From Candidatus Omnitrophica bacterium 4484_49 (GTDB taxonomy: Bacteria; Omnitrophota; Gorgyraeia; Kaelpiales; Kaelpiaceae), in contig NATI01000001.1 in the NCBI GenBank assembly GCA_002085265.1, positions 1 to 42,146 on the forward strand: a stretch of DNA of 42,146 nucleotides. Direction: 5' to 3'. Below, piece by piece: positions 1-8,584 of this stretch (positions within the stretch are counted from its first letter, which is position 1; each line of letters opens with the position of its first letter). Below the pieces are notes generated by a model. It made no database searches and was not told where the DNA came from. It was given only the letters and a program-made list of their open reading frames with translations. The translations under genes were made by a program, and so were the position numbers.

Positions 1-684
1 GCGAGAAGTATTCTGTTGATTTTTATCTCGGTTATATATCTCTTTCTCACCTCGGGAAGACCTCCAGTTATGCGGGCGACGATAATGGCTGTGGTCTATC
101 TTTATTTTTCTCTATTCTACATCCGGGTTAATGTTTTTAATTTAATTTTATTTGCCGGACTTTTGATTTTACTGCTGCAGCCTTTAGCCGTTTATCAGGT
201 GAGTTTCCAGTTATCGTTTATAGCTGTAGTTGGAATTTGTCTGACACTGAAATTGTTCCCATATCCTCAGGGATATTCCATTAAGAGTAAAATTGTGAAT
301 TATTTCAAAGTTATATTTTCAGCCTGGCTTTTTACATTTCCACTTATATGGTTTTACTGGAGGAGATTTGCGGTGTTTCAACTTCCTGTAAATTTTTTTC
401 TCGTTCCGATATTTACTTTAATACTGGGAATGGGTTTTTGTTCCTTAGTTTTCTCCCTTTTTTCTCTTCCCCTGGCTAAATTTTTCGCCGTGTCTTGTTA
501 TCCTTTTCTTTATTTATTTTTAAAGACCAGTGAGTGGGTCTCCCGTAGTAGTTATTCCTGGATAAAGTTACCATCGGTGGGCTGGAAGACGATAATTGTA
601 ATTTATATATTTTTATCTGGGGGACTATACATGCTCAGTGTTATAATCAGAAAAAAGACAGGAGGTGTGCGATGTTTCGAATAG
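1..684 (+). CDS. comEC: ComEC/Rec2-family competence membrane protein, C-terminal part (5' end outside window)
   Basis: Frame +1 is open from base 1, and the ORF-track start at 16 is an internal TTG. The product is a polytopic hydrophobic protein with the segment GRPPVMRATIMAVVYL, typical of the ComEC competence domain. Confidence 0.55.
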   Translation, partial: ARSILLIFISVIYLFLTSGRPPVMRATIMAVVYLYFSLFYIRVNVFNLILFAGLLILLLQPLAVYQVSFQLSFIAVVGICLTLKLFPYPQGYSIKSKIVNYFKVIFSAWLFTFPLIWFYWRRFAVFQLPVNFFLVPIFTLILGMGFCSLVFSLFSLPLAKFFAVSCYPFLYLFLKTSEWVSRSSYSWIKLPSVGWKTIIVIYIFLSGGLYMLSVIIRKKTGGVRCFE

Positions 685-845
685 GTGCCGGAGAGTTATT
701 ATTAATATTTTTGATTCTGCTTCTCCTTTTCGGAGCCAAGAGACTTCCGGAAATTGGAAGGTCCCTAGCCAGAGCGTTGAGAGAATTTCGGAAGGCATCC
801 AAGGAACTGGAAAAAGAAGAGGGGGAAGATAAACAACCTGAATGA
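672..845 (+). CDS. tatA: Sec-independent translocase subunit TatA/E (57 aa; below the ORF-track cutoff)
   Basis: My own translation is MFRIGAGELLLIFLILLLLFGAKRLPEIGRSLARALREFRKASKELEKEEGEDKQPE. This gives a TM helix, the FG..(R/K)LPE(I/L)G hinge and an amphipathic helix. GGAGG lies 6 nt upstream, and the stop overlaps the tatC ATG (ATGA at 842-845). Confidence 0.85.
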   Translation: MFRIGAGELLLIFLILLLLFGAKRLPEIGRSLARALREFRKASKELEKEEGEDKQPE

Positions 846-1540
846 ACACAAAGGGGTTGACTTTTCTTGACCATCTGGAAGAACTGCGAAAAAGGATTGT
901 TTCCATATTTGTAATTTTCTCGCTTGTTTTCCTCGTTTGCCTTTTTCGGGCTGAGAAAATTCTGGAATGGATTAAGCCCCATATAACTTATTTAATTTTT
1001 ATTCATCCTGCGGAGGTGATATTCGTGAGGTTGAAGGTGGCTTTTTATTCCACAGTTGTAATCTGCTATCCGGTTGTGCTTTATCAAATATTTAGATTTC
1101 TCCAGCCGGCAATTATCAGAATCAAAAAGAGTATTTTCTTTTTTATGTGTTCATTTTTTTTATTTGTGGGAAGCATTTTTATTTACAGATATCTGGCGTT
1201 TCCGTATATTCTAAAATTTTTTCTAAAATTCTCTGTACCAGGCGTTACTCCTCACATAACCCTTGCCAATTATGTCTCTGTTTTTTTCATGCTGTTTTTA
1301 ATATTTGTATTACTCTCACAACTACCGCTTCTTCTGGTGGCAGGAGTATATTCAGGAATTATTAAACAGGAATTTCTCAGGAATAGGAGAAGGGAGATTT
1401 ACGCTTTAAGTTTTATTTTATCTGCTATGCTTACCCCACCAGATGTATTGAGCCAGATACTGCTGGCTTTACCTTTAATATCGCTTCTGGAATTAAGCAT
1501 TTTAATTTCCCGATTTTGTGTATATAATAATAAAAAATAG
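842..1540 (+). CDS. tatC: Sec-independent translocase subunit TatC
   Basis: The N-terminus LTFLDHLEELRKRI is the canonical TatC opening. The protein is a 6-TM-like hydrophobic 232 aa and sits directly after tatA. Confidence 0.9.
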   Translation: MNTKGLTFLDHLEELRKRIVSIFVIFSLVFLVCLFRAEKILEWIKPHITYLIFIHPAEVIFVRLKVAFYSTVVICYPVVLYQIFRFLQPAIIRIKKSIFFFMCSFFLFVGSIFIYRYLAFPYILKFFLKFSVPGVTPHITLANYVSVFFMLFLIFVLLSQLPLLLVAGVYSGIIKQEFLRNRRREIYALSFILSAMLTPPDVLSQILLALPLISLLELSILISRFCVYNNKK

Positions 1541-1551
1541 AGGAGGTAAAG

Positions 1552-1737
1552 ATGCTTTTAGGAATTGTGTTGATAATATCGGGGATATTAATTGCTGTTT
1601 ATCCACAGTTACTTTCACTTATTGTTTCCTTTCTGTTGATATTTATAGGAACGGTGATGTTACTGCTTAGATATCAATTGAAGAAGATGACCAGAGAATG
1701 GGAAAATCCTTTTGTTGACTTCTTTATCAGATTCTGA
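1552..1737 (+). CDS. Small two-helix membrane protein, DUF3096-like
   Basis: The 61-aa sequence MLLGIVLIISGILIAVYPQLLSLIVSFLLIFIGTVMLL resembles the DUF3096 pattern. A strong GGAGG lies 7 nt upstream. Confidence 0.5.
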   Translation: MLLGIVLIISGILIAVYPQLLSLIVSFLLIFIGTVMLLLRYQLKKMTREWENPFVDFFIRF

Positions 1738-1739
1738 AT

Positions 1740-2564
1740 ATGAAGGAAGACATCCTTACCGGATTTTATATTCGAGAAGAGTTAATTCCGTATCTTAATA
1801 AGTTAATTAACGAAAGGACTCCTTTTACTGTAGGTTTAATTGACCTCGATGGTTTCAAGAAATACAACGATAAGTATGGACATGCTTTTGGGGATGAGAT
1901 TTTAAAATATATCGCTAGTACCTTAAAGTTGACCATTGGAGGAACCGGAAGGATTTTTCGCTTAGGAGGAGACGAGTTCCTGGTGGTTTTTCCCAAAAGG
2001 AATAAACGCTCGGCAATAAATATTTTCAAGTTCTGTAACCGGCACCTCCAGAGGCGTCCTTTCCTTTCCGGTAATCGCCTCTACCGGATATCTGCGAGTT
2101 ACGGTATCGCTTCTTACCCTCAGGATGCAGATGACCCCAAGGAGCTTATTTCTCTTGCGGATAAGGCGATGTATTTCTCCAAGAAGAAGAGAAGAAAAGG
2201 AAGCATTACCGACGTCAATAGAATCCCTGTAATAAAGGTCAGGATATTTGTGATTAAATTCAGTGTACTTCTTGGAATTGTATTGTTAGGTGTATATTTC
2301 ATCAACAATCTTCAAAAATTGCCTCCACTGCGGCTTGAGAAATTAAAATCTACGGTGAAGAGGTATATTTTAAATCTTAAAACGGAGCAGAGGAAAATCA
2401 CTCCACTGCCCCAATATCCTGTTGAGGTGACTTTGAGGAATGGAGTCAGTATATGGGGAAGAATTGTCTCTCAGGATGAAAACACACTTACACTGGAGGT
2501 GGATTTCTCTGGCAGGAAAGGGAGGATTACCGTGGATAGAGAACTGGTTCTGGAAGTGAGGTGA
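1740..2564 (+). CDS. Diguanylate cyclase (GGDEF domain) with a C-terminal TM helix and a small extra domain
   Basis: Supporting motifs are GLIDLDGFKKYNDKYGHAFGDEIL and RLGGDEFLVVF (an intact GGDEF active site). A hydrophobic helix VIKFSVLLGIVLLGVYFI follows the catalytic domain. Confidence 0.85.
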   Translation: MKEDILTGFYIREELIPYLNKLINERTPFTVGLIDLDGFKKYNDKYGHAFGDEILKYIASTLKLTIGGTGRIFRLGGDEFLVVFPKRNKRSAINIFKFCNRHLQRRPFLSGNRLYRISASYGIASYPQDADDPKELISLADKAMYFSKKKRRKGSITDVNRIPVIKVRIFVIKFSVLLGIVLLGVYFINNLQKLPPLRLEKLKSTVKRYILNLKTEQRKITPLPQYPVEVTLRNGVSIWGRIVSQDENTLTLEVDFSGRKGRITVDRELVLEVR

Positions 2565-2569
2565 GTAAG

Positions 2570-3001
2570 ATGGTTTATGAACACAGGGTTCCCTCTGATC
2601 TGGAGAGGAAAGTCATGAACACAATGGGGCAGACATTTGGCCCCGAGGTAATAGATTCCTCCATTCTGGTCACATTTCCCTACGAGTACCCTCACAGGAA
2701 AATAACCATGGAGCATACAACTCCAGAGTTTACCTGTCTGTGTCCATTTTCGGGCCTTCCGGATTTTGCAAAGATTACCATCCGATATATCCCCGATAAG
2801 GTATGTATAGAATTGAAGTCTTTAAAATATTATCTATTATCGTACAGGCAGGTGAAGATTTTCCATGAACATGTGGTAAATAAAATTCTGGAAGATTTGG
2901 TTAAAGTCCTTGCCCCCATTGAACTGGAGGTTATAGGGGAATTTAATGTCCGGGGAGGAATTTATACTAAGGCTTGTGCGAAGTATCGAAAAGGGGAATG
3001 A
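2570..3001 (+). CDS. queF: NADPH-dependent 7-cyano-7-deazaguanine (preQ0) reductase, type I QueF
   Basis: The segment EFTCLCPFSGLPDFAKITIRYIPDKVCIELKSLKYYL carries the QueF catalytic Cys and the QueF motif region. I prefer ATG 2570 (GAGGTGA 5-6 nt upstream) over the track's GTG at 2561. Confidence 0.85.
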   Translation: MVYEHRVPSDLERKVMNTMGQTFGPEVIDSSILVTFPYEYPHRKITMEHTTPEFTCLCPFSGLPDFAKITIRYIPDKVCIELKSLKYYLLSYRQVKIFHEHVVNKILEDLVKVLAPIELEVIGEFNVRGGIYTKACAKYRKGE

Positions 3002-3951
3002 AAATAGTCATTGTTGGTCCTGGGGCTTTGGGATTGTTGTTTTACAGTCTGTTGCGGACAGGGGGGAATGAGGTATATCTGGTAGATAAAGACAGACAGC
3101 GCGCAGAATTTATATCTTGTAATGGAATCAATTTTATAACCGTCTCGGGGAAGGTTAAAAGAATTAAACATGTTAACATAACCGCCGATCCTGAAGATAT
3201 TCCTCTTCCGGAACTGATAATTCTGACAGTCAAAAGTTATCATACTAATTCAGCATTGAAGAAAATTCAGCCGTTACTTAAAGAAAACAGTTATATTCTT
3301 TCGGTTCAGAATGGGCTCAGCCATGTAGAAGTGATGCCCAAATATGTGGCTCCCGATAGAATACTTTTAGGAATTACAAATCAGGGAGCGACCAGAGTCG
3401 ATGTCAACACCGTGCGTCATGCTGGTAGAGGAGATACGATTATAGGGACATATCTTTGGGATAACTTTTTTAGAAGTCATAAATTTTTAAGGAAATTGAA
3501 AACTTCGTTTGATAAATCAGGTATAAACACAGAAATTCACAGGGACATCCAGAGTGTCATCTGGAGCAAGCTGGTTATAAATGTGGGGATAAATGCCCTC
3601 ACAGCGATAACAGGTTATAAAAACGGCCGCTTGGTGGAAAATCCAGCTCTAAGAGAAATTATGCATATACTGGTGGAAGAAGCTCTGGCAGTGGTAAATC
3701 TTAAGAAAATAAAACTTTTATACCCTGACCCCCAAAAGAAAGTAGAGGAAGTATGCCAGCAGACTGCAGAGAATATTTCCTCCATGCTCCAGGATATTTT
3801 GAACAATCGTAGAACAGAAATCGATGCTATTAACGGTGCGGTGATAAAAGAGGGTAGAAAACTGGGGTTAAATCTACCTTACAATTTGTGTGTATATAAA
3901 ATTGTGAAGGGACTGGAAAAAAACATTGGTTCCAGGATTTTTAGATTGTGA
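2998..3951 (+). CDS. panE: 2-dehydropantoate 2-reductase (ketopantoate reductase, PanE/ApbA family)
   Basis: MKIVIVGPGALGLLF is a Rossmann N-terminus, and the ApbA-family body includes SSMLQDILNNRRTEIDAINGAV. The start is set at ATG 2998, which overlaps the queF stop (ATGA). The track's start at 2974 adds 8 unlikely residues. Confidence 0.75.
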   Translation: MKIVIVGPGALGLLFYSLLRTGGNEVYLVDKDRQRAEFISCNGINFITVSGKVKRIKHVNITADPEDIPLPELIILTVKSYHTNSALKKIQPLLKENSYILSVQNGLSHVEVMPKYVAPDRILLGITNQGATRVDVNTVRHAGRGDTIIGTYLWDNFFRSHKFLRKLKTSFDKSGINTEIHRDIQSVIWSKLVINVGINALTAITGYKNGRLVENPALREIMHILVEEALAVVNLKKIKLLYPDPQKKVEEVCQQTAENISSMLQDILNNRRTEIDAINGAVIKEGRKLGLNLPYNLCVYKIVKGLEKNIGSRIFRL

Positions 3952-5039
3952 AAAAAATATTTATCGCTGCTACTCGCCAGAATGATGGTAAGACTACCAT
4001 AGCCTTGGGTTTAATACTCAACCTCAAGGAGCATTTTCCTAAAATTGGATTTATAAAACCTATAGGGCAGAGATATCTGGTAGAAGAAGGTTATAAAGTA
4101 GATGAGGATTCTGTCCTGATTGAGAAAGTCTGTAAGTTTACAGTGCCATTAAAAGACCTTAATCCTATTGCAGTTGAACGGGGATTTACTGAGAGATATA
4201 TTCAGAATCCTCAACCAGATAAAATATCCGCTCAGATAATGGAAGCATTTGAAAAAATAAGTGCCAATTCTGACCTCGTGATAATAGAAGGGACAGGACA
4301 TGCTGGGGTGGGTTCAGTATTTGGCCATTCCAACGCCCGTGTGGCCAGGATGCTTGGTGCCAAAGTGATTTTAATTTCATCGGGAGGTATAGGAAGGCCA
4401 ATAGATGAGATTGTGTTAAACAGGTCATTGTTTGAAAAAGAGAAAGCGGATTGTCTGGGGGTGATAATAAATAAGGTCCTGAAGGAAAAGTATGAGAAGA
4501 TAGCAAAGATCGTCAGGTTAGGTTTGAAAAGGCAGAATATAAATGAACTGGGGATTATTCCCTATAATCCTATCCTTTCTGCTCCTACCATAGAACAGAT
4601 TTCAGAAGAAATGCAGTTGCCTTTTCTGGGTGGAGAAGAGAAGAAGTCCAATCTGGTAGAAAAAATTATAATTGGAGCTATGGAGCCACATGAGGCTCTG
4701 AAGTATATTCATAAAAATACCTTGGTCGTTACGCCTGGAGATAGAGAAGATATCATTCTGGCTGCCATCGGTTCTCATCTCATACCTGATTCTCGTTCTC
4801 AGACCAGTATAGCAGGCATTCTCCTTACAGGAGGGATAGTCCCTGATAGTAGAATTCTTAATATGATAAAACGGGTTAAAATTCCTCTTCTGATATCCGG
4901 AGAGGATACCTATACTACAACGTCAAAATTACATGATTTGAGTGTTAAACTTCGTCCCTGCGATGTAAATAAAATTCAGCTCATCAAGGATATGGTCGCT
5001 CAGTATGTTGATATAGCTGGACTACTTGAGTATGTATAA
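3948..5039 (+). CDS. Phosphotransacetylase-N-terminal-like protein (BioD/CobQ-type P-loop domain + DRTGG domain, no PTA catalytic domain)
   Basis: The N-terminus is MKKIFIAATRQNDGKTTIALGL (a deviant P-loop) with IIEGTGHAGVG. A DRTGG-like segment LVVTPGDREDIILAA is present. At 363 aa the protein is too short to include the PTA catalytic domain. Confidence 0.65.
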   Translation: MKKIFIAATRQNDGKTTIALGLILNLKEHFPKIGFIKPIGQRYLVEEGYKVDEDSVLIEKVCKFTVPLKDLNPIAVERGFTERYIQNPQPDKISAQIMEAFEKISANSDLVIIEGTGHAGVGSVFGHSNARVARMLGAKVILISSGGIGRPIDEIVLNRSLFEKEKADCLGVIINKVLKEKYEKIAKIVRLGLKRQNINELGIIPYNPILSAPTIEQISEEMQLPFLGGEEKKSNLVEKIIIGAMEPHEALKYIHKNTLVVTPGDREDIILAAIGSHLIPDSRSQTSIAGILLTGGIVPDSRILNMIKRVKIPLLISGEDTYTTTSKLHDLSVKLRPCDVNKIQLIKDMVAQYVDIAGLLEYV

Positions 5040-5655
5040 GGAAAAAATCCCAAAAACTACAATTTACAGACTGGCTATATACCTCAGGACACTGGAGAAA
5101 ATTTCCCGAGAACACAGGACGTTTATCTCCTCTCAAGAGATGGGAACACTGTGTGGAATAGATTCTGCTCAGGTGAGGAAGGACCTCAGTTATTTTGGGC
5201 AGTTTGGAGAAGTGGGGAGAGGATACAGTGTGAAGAATCTGATGGACAATTTAAAGAAAATACTCAAACTCTATCGCCGGCGATGGAAAGTCGCTCTGGC
5301 AGGAGTGGGACATCTGGGAACTGCTTTGCTCTCTTACAGGGGATTTAGAGAGGCGGGTTTTGAAATTTCGTGTGCCTTTGACCCTGACCCTAAAAAAATC
5401 GGAAAAGCGATTCAAAATGCAAAAATATACCCCCCGCACAGGATAGAGGAGATAGTTTCTAAAGAAAAAATCAAAATTGGAATTATCGCTGTTCCTGGAG
5501 ATTTTGCTCAGGATGTGGCTGAGAGAATGGTATCAGCAGGTGTGCGAGCGTTATTGAATTTCGCACCTGTGAGGTTAAATTTGCCTTCCGGAATTACAGT
5601 AAAAAATGTGGACCTTTCTACAGAATTGATATCTCTACCGTTTTACCTGAAATGA
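5032..5655 (+). CDS. rex: Redox-sensing transcriptional repressor Rex
   Basis: The DNA-binding part reads IPKTTIYRLAIYLRTLE...ISSQEMGTLCGIDSAQVRKDLSYFGQFGEVGRGY, followed by the Rossmann motif ALAGVGHLGTAL. ATG 5032 is preferred over TTG 5026. Confidence 0.85.
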   Translation: MYKEKIPKTTIYRLAIYLRTLEKISREHRTFISSQEMGTLCGIDSAQVRKDLSYFGQFGEVGRGYSVKNLMDNLKKILKLYRRRWKVALAGVGHLGTALLSYRGFREAGFEISCAFDPDPKKIGKAIQNAKIYPPHRIEEIVSKEKIKIGIIAVPGDFAQDVAERMVSAGVRALLNFAPVRLNLPSGITVKNVDLSTELISLPFYLK

Positions 5656-6620
5656 TAAATATTTTCCTTCTATTTTCATTAGTTTCTCATCCCGGGATTT
5701 TCACAATTCAGGGAGAAACTATGCATACTTACTACGAGGTCAAAATCTGTGACCAGGGGGTTTCTAAAGAAGTGAAAACTAATTTGAAAAGATTTGTATC
5801 CCGACTGGATGAGGAATTATCCAGTTACCTCTCAGGTAATGAGATTTATCACATAAATAAAAATGCAGGTATAACCGCTGTTAAGGTCTCTCCCAGGTTA
5901 TATTATGTGATTGAAAAGGCTCTGGAGATAGCCCGGGAGTCGGGGTCAGCATTTGATCCTACAATTGGTCCTCTGGTGGATGTCTGGAATTTTAAAAATT
6001 TTCCACCGGGGAGAAAACAGATTGAGGAAGCCAGGGAGCTGGTGAACTGGAAGAATGTAGAATTAAAGGATGGCAGAGTCTTTTTAAAAAATAGGCAAAT
6101 GAAAATTCAGTTGAGTGGAATTGCCAAGGGGTATGGTGTGGATCTGGTTGGGGAATTTTTGAAAAAATCCGGAATTGAAAACGCACTGGTAGAAATCGGA
6201 GGGGAAATTTATTGTTCTGGAAAGGGACCAGATGGAAAAGGATGGAGAATTGGTATAAGGCACCCTCTACATAGAGAAAGATTAGTGGCTCGACTTGAAA
6301 TTTCTGATGTTGGAATAGCCACCTCTGGGAATTATGAGAATTATATTTTCTGGAAGGGGAAGAAATACGGGCATATTATTGACCCCAGAACGGGCTATCC
6401 TGCAGATAATGATATTCTGAGCGTAACTGTTATCGCCCCTACCTGTATGGAAGCAGATGCCTGGGCAACAGGGATATTTGTCCTGGGATGGGAGGAAGGG
6501 AAGGTTATGATTCTGAGACACCCAGAGCTGGAAGGGGTCATAATAAGGAGAACAGATGGTGGAGGTATAGAAATCTGGACATCTCCAGGAATAAAGGATA
6601 AAATTATCCTCTATGAGTGA
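5652..6620 (+). CDS. apbE: FAD:protein FMN transferase (ApbE family)
   Basis: ApbE-type motifs are AFDPTIGPLVDVWNF, SGIAKGYGVD, GIATSGNYE and GHIIDPRTGYP. The N-terminus is hydrophobic. Confidence 0.85.
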   Translation: MINIFLLFSLVSHPGIFTIQGETMHTYYEVKICDQGVSKEVKTNLKRFVSRLDEELSSYLSGNEIYHINKNAGITAVKVSPRLYYVIEKALEIARESGSAFDPTIGPLVDVWNFKNFPPGRKQIEEARELVNWKNVELKDGRVFLKNRQMKIQLSGIAKGYGVDLVGEFLKKSGIENALVEIGGEIYCSGKGPDGKGWRIGIRHPLHRERLVARLEISDVGIATSGNYENYIFWKGKKYGHIIDPRTGYPADNDILSVTVIAPTCMEADAWATGIFVLGWEEGKVMILRHPELEGVIIRRTDGGGIEIWTSPGIKDKIILYE

Positions 6621-7260
6621 AAATATATTGAGTGGAGATGAGGCTTTATTTCTGGATAGGAAAGCCATCTATCATATAGGGATTCCTCGTCTGATACTGA
6701 TGGAGAATGCTGGTAGAAATGTGGCTGAATTTCTGGAATCCAGAACACAGGAAAGAGATAAAGTAGTGATATTTGCAGGGACAGGATATAATGGTGGGGA
6801 TGCTTTAGTTTGCGCTCGGCATTTGTTTTTAAAAGCCCGTAAAATAGTTGTCTATATGGTGGGAAATCTATCAAAAATTAAGCCCGATACAGCTATTCAC
6901 CTCAGAATTCTGGAAAATTTGGGGATAAGGGTCAGAAATATAGAAAGGAAATTTAATCCTACCAGAGTGAGGGGAGATTTAACTGATGCAGGTTTTATCG
7001 TTGATGGGTTGCTGGGGACGGGAGCGACTGGTAAACTCCGGCCACCGATAAGAGATGTGGTGGAAATTTTAAATTCTGTAAATGTGAAAAAAGTGGCTGT
7101 AGATATCCCTACCGGGCTTGATTGCGATAGTGGGCAAGTTCTGGGAGTTGCTCTTAAGGCAGATTATACAGTTACTTTTAAGGGGGTGAAGAAGGGAATG
7201 CTTTCTCCACAGGGTAATAAGTATTGTGGAAAAATTTTCGTAACACAGATAGGAGGGTAA
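6613..7260 (+). CDS. nnrE: NAD(P)H-hydrate epimerase (YjeF N-terminal domain only)
   Basis: LMENAGRNVAEF and VIFAGTGYNGGDALVCARHL match the YjeF_N family. At 215 aa there is no C-terminal dehydratase domain. Confidence 0.8.
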   Translation: MSENILSGDEALFLDRKAIYHIGIPRLILMENAGRNVAEFLESRTQERDKVVIFAGTGYNGGDALVCARHLFLKARKIVVYMVGNLSKIKPDTAIHLRILENLGIRVRNIERKFNPTRVRGDLTDAGFIVDGLLGTGATGKLRPPIRDVVEILNSVNVKKVAVDIPTGLDCDSGQVLGVALKADYTVTFKGVKKGMLSPQGNKYCGKIFVTQIGG

Positions 7261-7261
7261 T

Positions 7262-8584
7262 ATGGCTTTGTCAGCTCTCGAGATTTATAAGTTTTTACCC
7301 AAGACCAATTGCAAGAAATGTGGACAACCTACATGTCTGGCATTTGCCATGAAGCTGGCTGCAAAACAGATTGAGCTTTCTCAATGCCCTTTTTTAACTG
7401 AAGATGCCAAGCAGAAATTGAATGAACTTTCGGAGCCGCCTATGAGGACTGTCACTTTTGGAACTCCGGAAAAAGAGGTAAAAATTGGTGGTGACCTCGT
7501 GCTTTTTCGTCATGAGAAGAAGTTTTATAATCCCACTCCATTGGGGATAATTTTAGATAGCAGTGATGAGAAGTTAGAGGAAAAGATAAATTACATAAAA
7601 GAATTGAGGATAGAAAGGGTGGGGGAGGAATTTAAAATTGACTTTCTGGCAATTAAAGACAGTGGGGAACTCTCACAATTTATTACCGCAGTTAATATTA
7701 TCAGTCACAATGGGTTTCCATTGATATTGATATCAGATTCCAGGGAGAATATTTCCTCAGCCGTGAGGAAACTTAAGGGACACAGGCCTATTGTTTATTA
7801 TAGGGGAGAAATTGACGATATAATTGATTTCCTCAAAGAAAGCGATTTACCCTTTATTATATCCGATACTCAGTCCCAGTCTCTGTGGAAGAAAGCAGAG
7901 GAGATTTATAATTCAGGTTTTAAGAATGTAATTTTACATCTCGAAAGTTCTTCTCTTAATGAACTGTTGAAATTCAACACCATTCAGAGGCGACTGGCGA
8001 TATTGAAGGGGAAAAGGTTCGCTTCTTTCCCCACTTTAATTCTGGTAGAGGAAGAGGATATCTTTCGCCAACTGGCGTTATGTTCTCTGGGTATTTGTAA
8101 ATATACTGATGTTTTGATTTCCAGTTGCTTGGATAAAGCGTTGTGGAACGCTCTGGTGACATTGAGATTTAACATTTATACTGACCCTCAAAAACCTGTA
8201 ACTGTGGAGCCCAAAGTTTACTCCATTGGAACCCCGAGTGAGAATTCTCCTGTTCTGGTAACCACCAATTTCTCACTGACTTATTATACAGTGGCTCCTG
8301 AGATTGAGAACAGTAAGATACCTTCTTATCTACTGGTGGTGGATACAGAAGGGATGTCGGTCCTCACCGCTTGGGCCGCAGATAAATTTAATGAGAAGGT
8401 GATTTCTTCCTGGATGGAAAGGGAAAATCTGAAAGGACTGGTCAACCACCGCAGACTTATAATCCCGGGTTATGTTGCAGTTTTAAGTGGGAAACTGGAA
8501 GAGGTCACTGGTTGGGAAATTATAGTTGGTCCTAAGGAAGCATCTGGTATTCCTAAATTTTTAAAGCAGATATGGAGAAATTAA
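7262..8584 (+). CDS. acsC: Corrinoid iron-sulfur protein large subunit (AcsC / CdhE, gamma)
   Basis: The N-terminus ALEIYKFLPKTNCKKCGQPTCLAFAMKLAAKQIELSQCP carries the Cx2Cx4Cx16C [4Fe-4S] motif of CFeSP. The length is 440 aa and the gene neighbours acsD and acsE. Confidence 0.9.
   Translation: MALSALEIYKFLPKTNCKKCGQPTCLAFAMKLAAKQIELSQCPFLTEDAKQKLNELSEPPMRTVTFGTPEKEVKIGGDLVLFRHEKKFYNPTPLGIILDSSDEKLEEKINYIKELRIERVGEEFKIDFLAIKDSGELSQFITAVNIISHNGFPLILISDSRENISSAVRKLKGHRPIVYYRGEIDDIIDFLKESDLPFIISDTQSQSLWKKAEEIYNSGFKNVILHLESSSLNELLKFNTIQRRLAILKGKRFASFPTLILVEEEDIFRQLALCSLGICKYTDVLISSCLDKALWNALVTLRFNIYTDPQKPVTVEPKVYSIGTPSENSPVLVTTNFSLTYYTVAPEIENSKIPSYLLVVDTEGMSVLTAWAADKFNEKVISSWMERENLKGLVNHRRLIIPGYVAVLSGKLEEVTGWEIIVGPKEASGIPKFLKQIWRN

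Noticed and set aside
293-310. Near-consensus Rex operator TTGTGAA-TTAT-TTCAAAG (12 of 14 specified positions) inside comEC
   Set aside because: It lies inside a coding region about 360 nt upstream of tatA, not in front of the rex/acs genes. By rough estimate a 2-mismatch hit in an AT-rich 42 kb is not very improbable by chance. It is worth including only in a genome-wide Rex scan.
625-982. Minus-strand ORFs 625-906 and 647-982 (93 and 111 aa) over the tatA/tatC region
   Set aside because: They lie antisense to clearly recognisable tatA and tatC. The translations are low-complexity Ser/Pro/Phe-rich, with no motifs and no SD. They are shadow ORFs.
1147-1365. Same-strand alternative-frame ORFs (1147-1365, 5151-5348, 14452-14709, 16018-16200, 25194-25394, 28160-28345, 35726-35914, 38756-38962)
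   Set aside because: All are nested out of frame within genes that carry strong family signatures. None has an SD or recognisable motifs.
2470-2570. Possible preQ1 riboswitch ahead of queF
   Set aside because: queF overlaps or abuts the GGDEF gene, so there is no untranslated leader that could fold into a riboswitch.
2974-2997. N-terminal extensions suggested by the ORF track (panE 2974, acsD 11147, era 30508, addB 39365, polyprenyl synthase 19612)
   Set aside because: Each extension lies inside the upstream gene and adds non-homologous residues before a canonical family N-terminus. Internal ATGs with SD or ATGA coupling fit better.
6282-6874. Minus-strand ORFs 6282-6668 (128 aa) and 6611-6874 (87 aa)
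   Set aside because: They are fully antisense to apbE and nnrE, which carry strong family motifs, and no independent signals are present.
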